Assembly (NCBI GenBank): GCA_011109175.1 | Contig: RDEW01000016.1 | Coordinates: 986,585-1,050,584 of the forward strand | DNA: 64,000 bases | DNA from: Dicyema japonicum | Taxonomy: Eukaryota > Animalia > Dicyemida | Reading direction: 5' to 3' | In this document: one piece after another, positions 63,470 through 64,000 of the stretch | Numbering within the stretch: the stretch's first letter is position 1 | How the letters are laid out: each line of letters starts with the position of its first letter | The notes under the pieces: generated by a model | What the model saw: the letters and a program-made list of their open reading frames with translations, nothing else | What the model was told of the DNA's origin: nothing | The model's database searches: none | Position numbers and translations under genes: made by a program

Positions 63470-64000
63470 ATGCTTTGTGTGAATCCTGAAGTCGTCGAAT
63501 TTTCTTGTTAGACTCATTTTTACTCACAATAGTGAGCAGAGATATCTGCCAAACAGAATGGGTTAAAATCTCTAACACTTCTTCTGTCAACTCAGTCAAT
63601 TTTAAGGTGAAAACTACTGTCCCAAAAAACTACACAGTCCGTCCAAATTCCGGAACTCTGGCTCCTTTGGAAGAGATCAGCCTTTCACGTTCAAAATTTT
63701 TTCATCCTCAGTGACCTGGCAGCCTGGAGAAGCTACGTCAACCCCTGGAAAACACAAATTCCTTGTGCAGTCCACCGTCAACAGTAACGCCGACGATTTC
63801 AAGGCAATTTCAGGATATAATTATAGTGGACAGACGTATCGCCTAAGGATATTGTCTCTAAACAATTTTTTGTATCTTTCTCCGAGTCTAATGATAATCC
63901 ACGTGCCAATGGACAGACCACTCAAAAAGGAGAGGCCGCTAGTCGAATAAAGGTGAAATTGGAGAAAAGCAGAGAGGAGCTTACGACTGCGTTGAACGAT
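63470..64000 (+). CDS. VAP-family MSP-domain protein, 5' part, spliced, runs off the window
   Basis: FKVKTTVPKNYTVRPNSG and KHKFLVQS MSP-domain motifs. Confidence 0.85.

Overview
This is eukaryotic, AT-rich, TE-dense nuclear DNA using the standard genetic code. The host genes are animal-type and split by ultra-short (about 21-30 nt) GT-AG introns. That combination suggests a reduced metazoan parasite such as a myxozoan cnidarian or a dicyemid, but this is inference and the taxon cannot be determined from the window. Host genes recognised by manual splicing and translation are HPRT (absent from the ORF track), YKT6 plus a truncated duplicate, OSBPL9, ZDHHC3/7, a zf-3CxxC/RTP-like gene, NOB1, a Rap-like GTPase, a CPVL-like carboxypeptidase, XPNPEP1, a VAP/MSP gene running off the end, and two tRNA-Val genes. 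About half the window is fragments of four non-LTR retrotransposon groups (RTE-like, Jockey/I-like, CRE-like, R4/Dong-like) and an IS630/Tc1 transposase. The most interesting structure is two SINE-like families, each with TSD-flanked full-length copies. SINE-A has a tRNA-like head and shares its 3' tail with the RTE LINEs. SINE-B has a non-tRNA head and shares its tail with the Jockey-like LINEs. Also notable: a decayed 2A/StopGo peptide in front of a LINE endonuclease, an STPR 23-aa repeat array, and many locally templated duplications and fold-backs at TE junctions. Single-base indels in short homopolymers of several conserved genes suggest an imperfectly polished assembly. TE boundaries are approximate unless TSDs are given.
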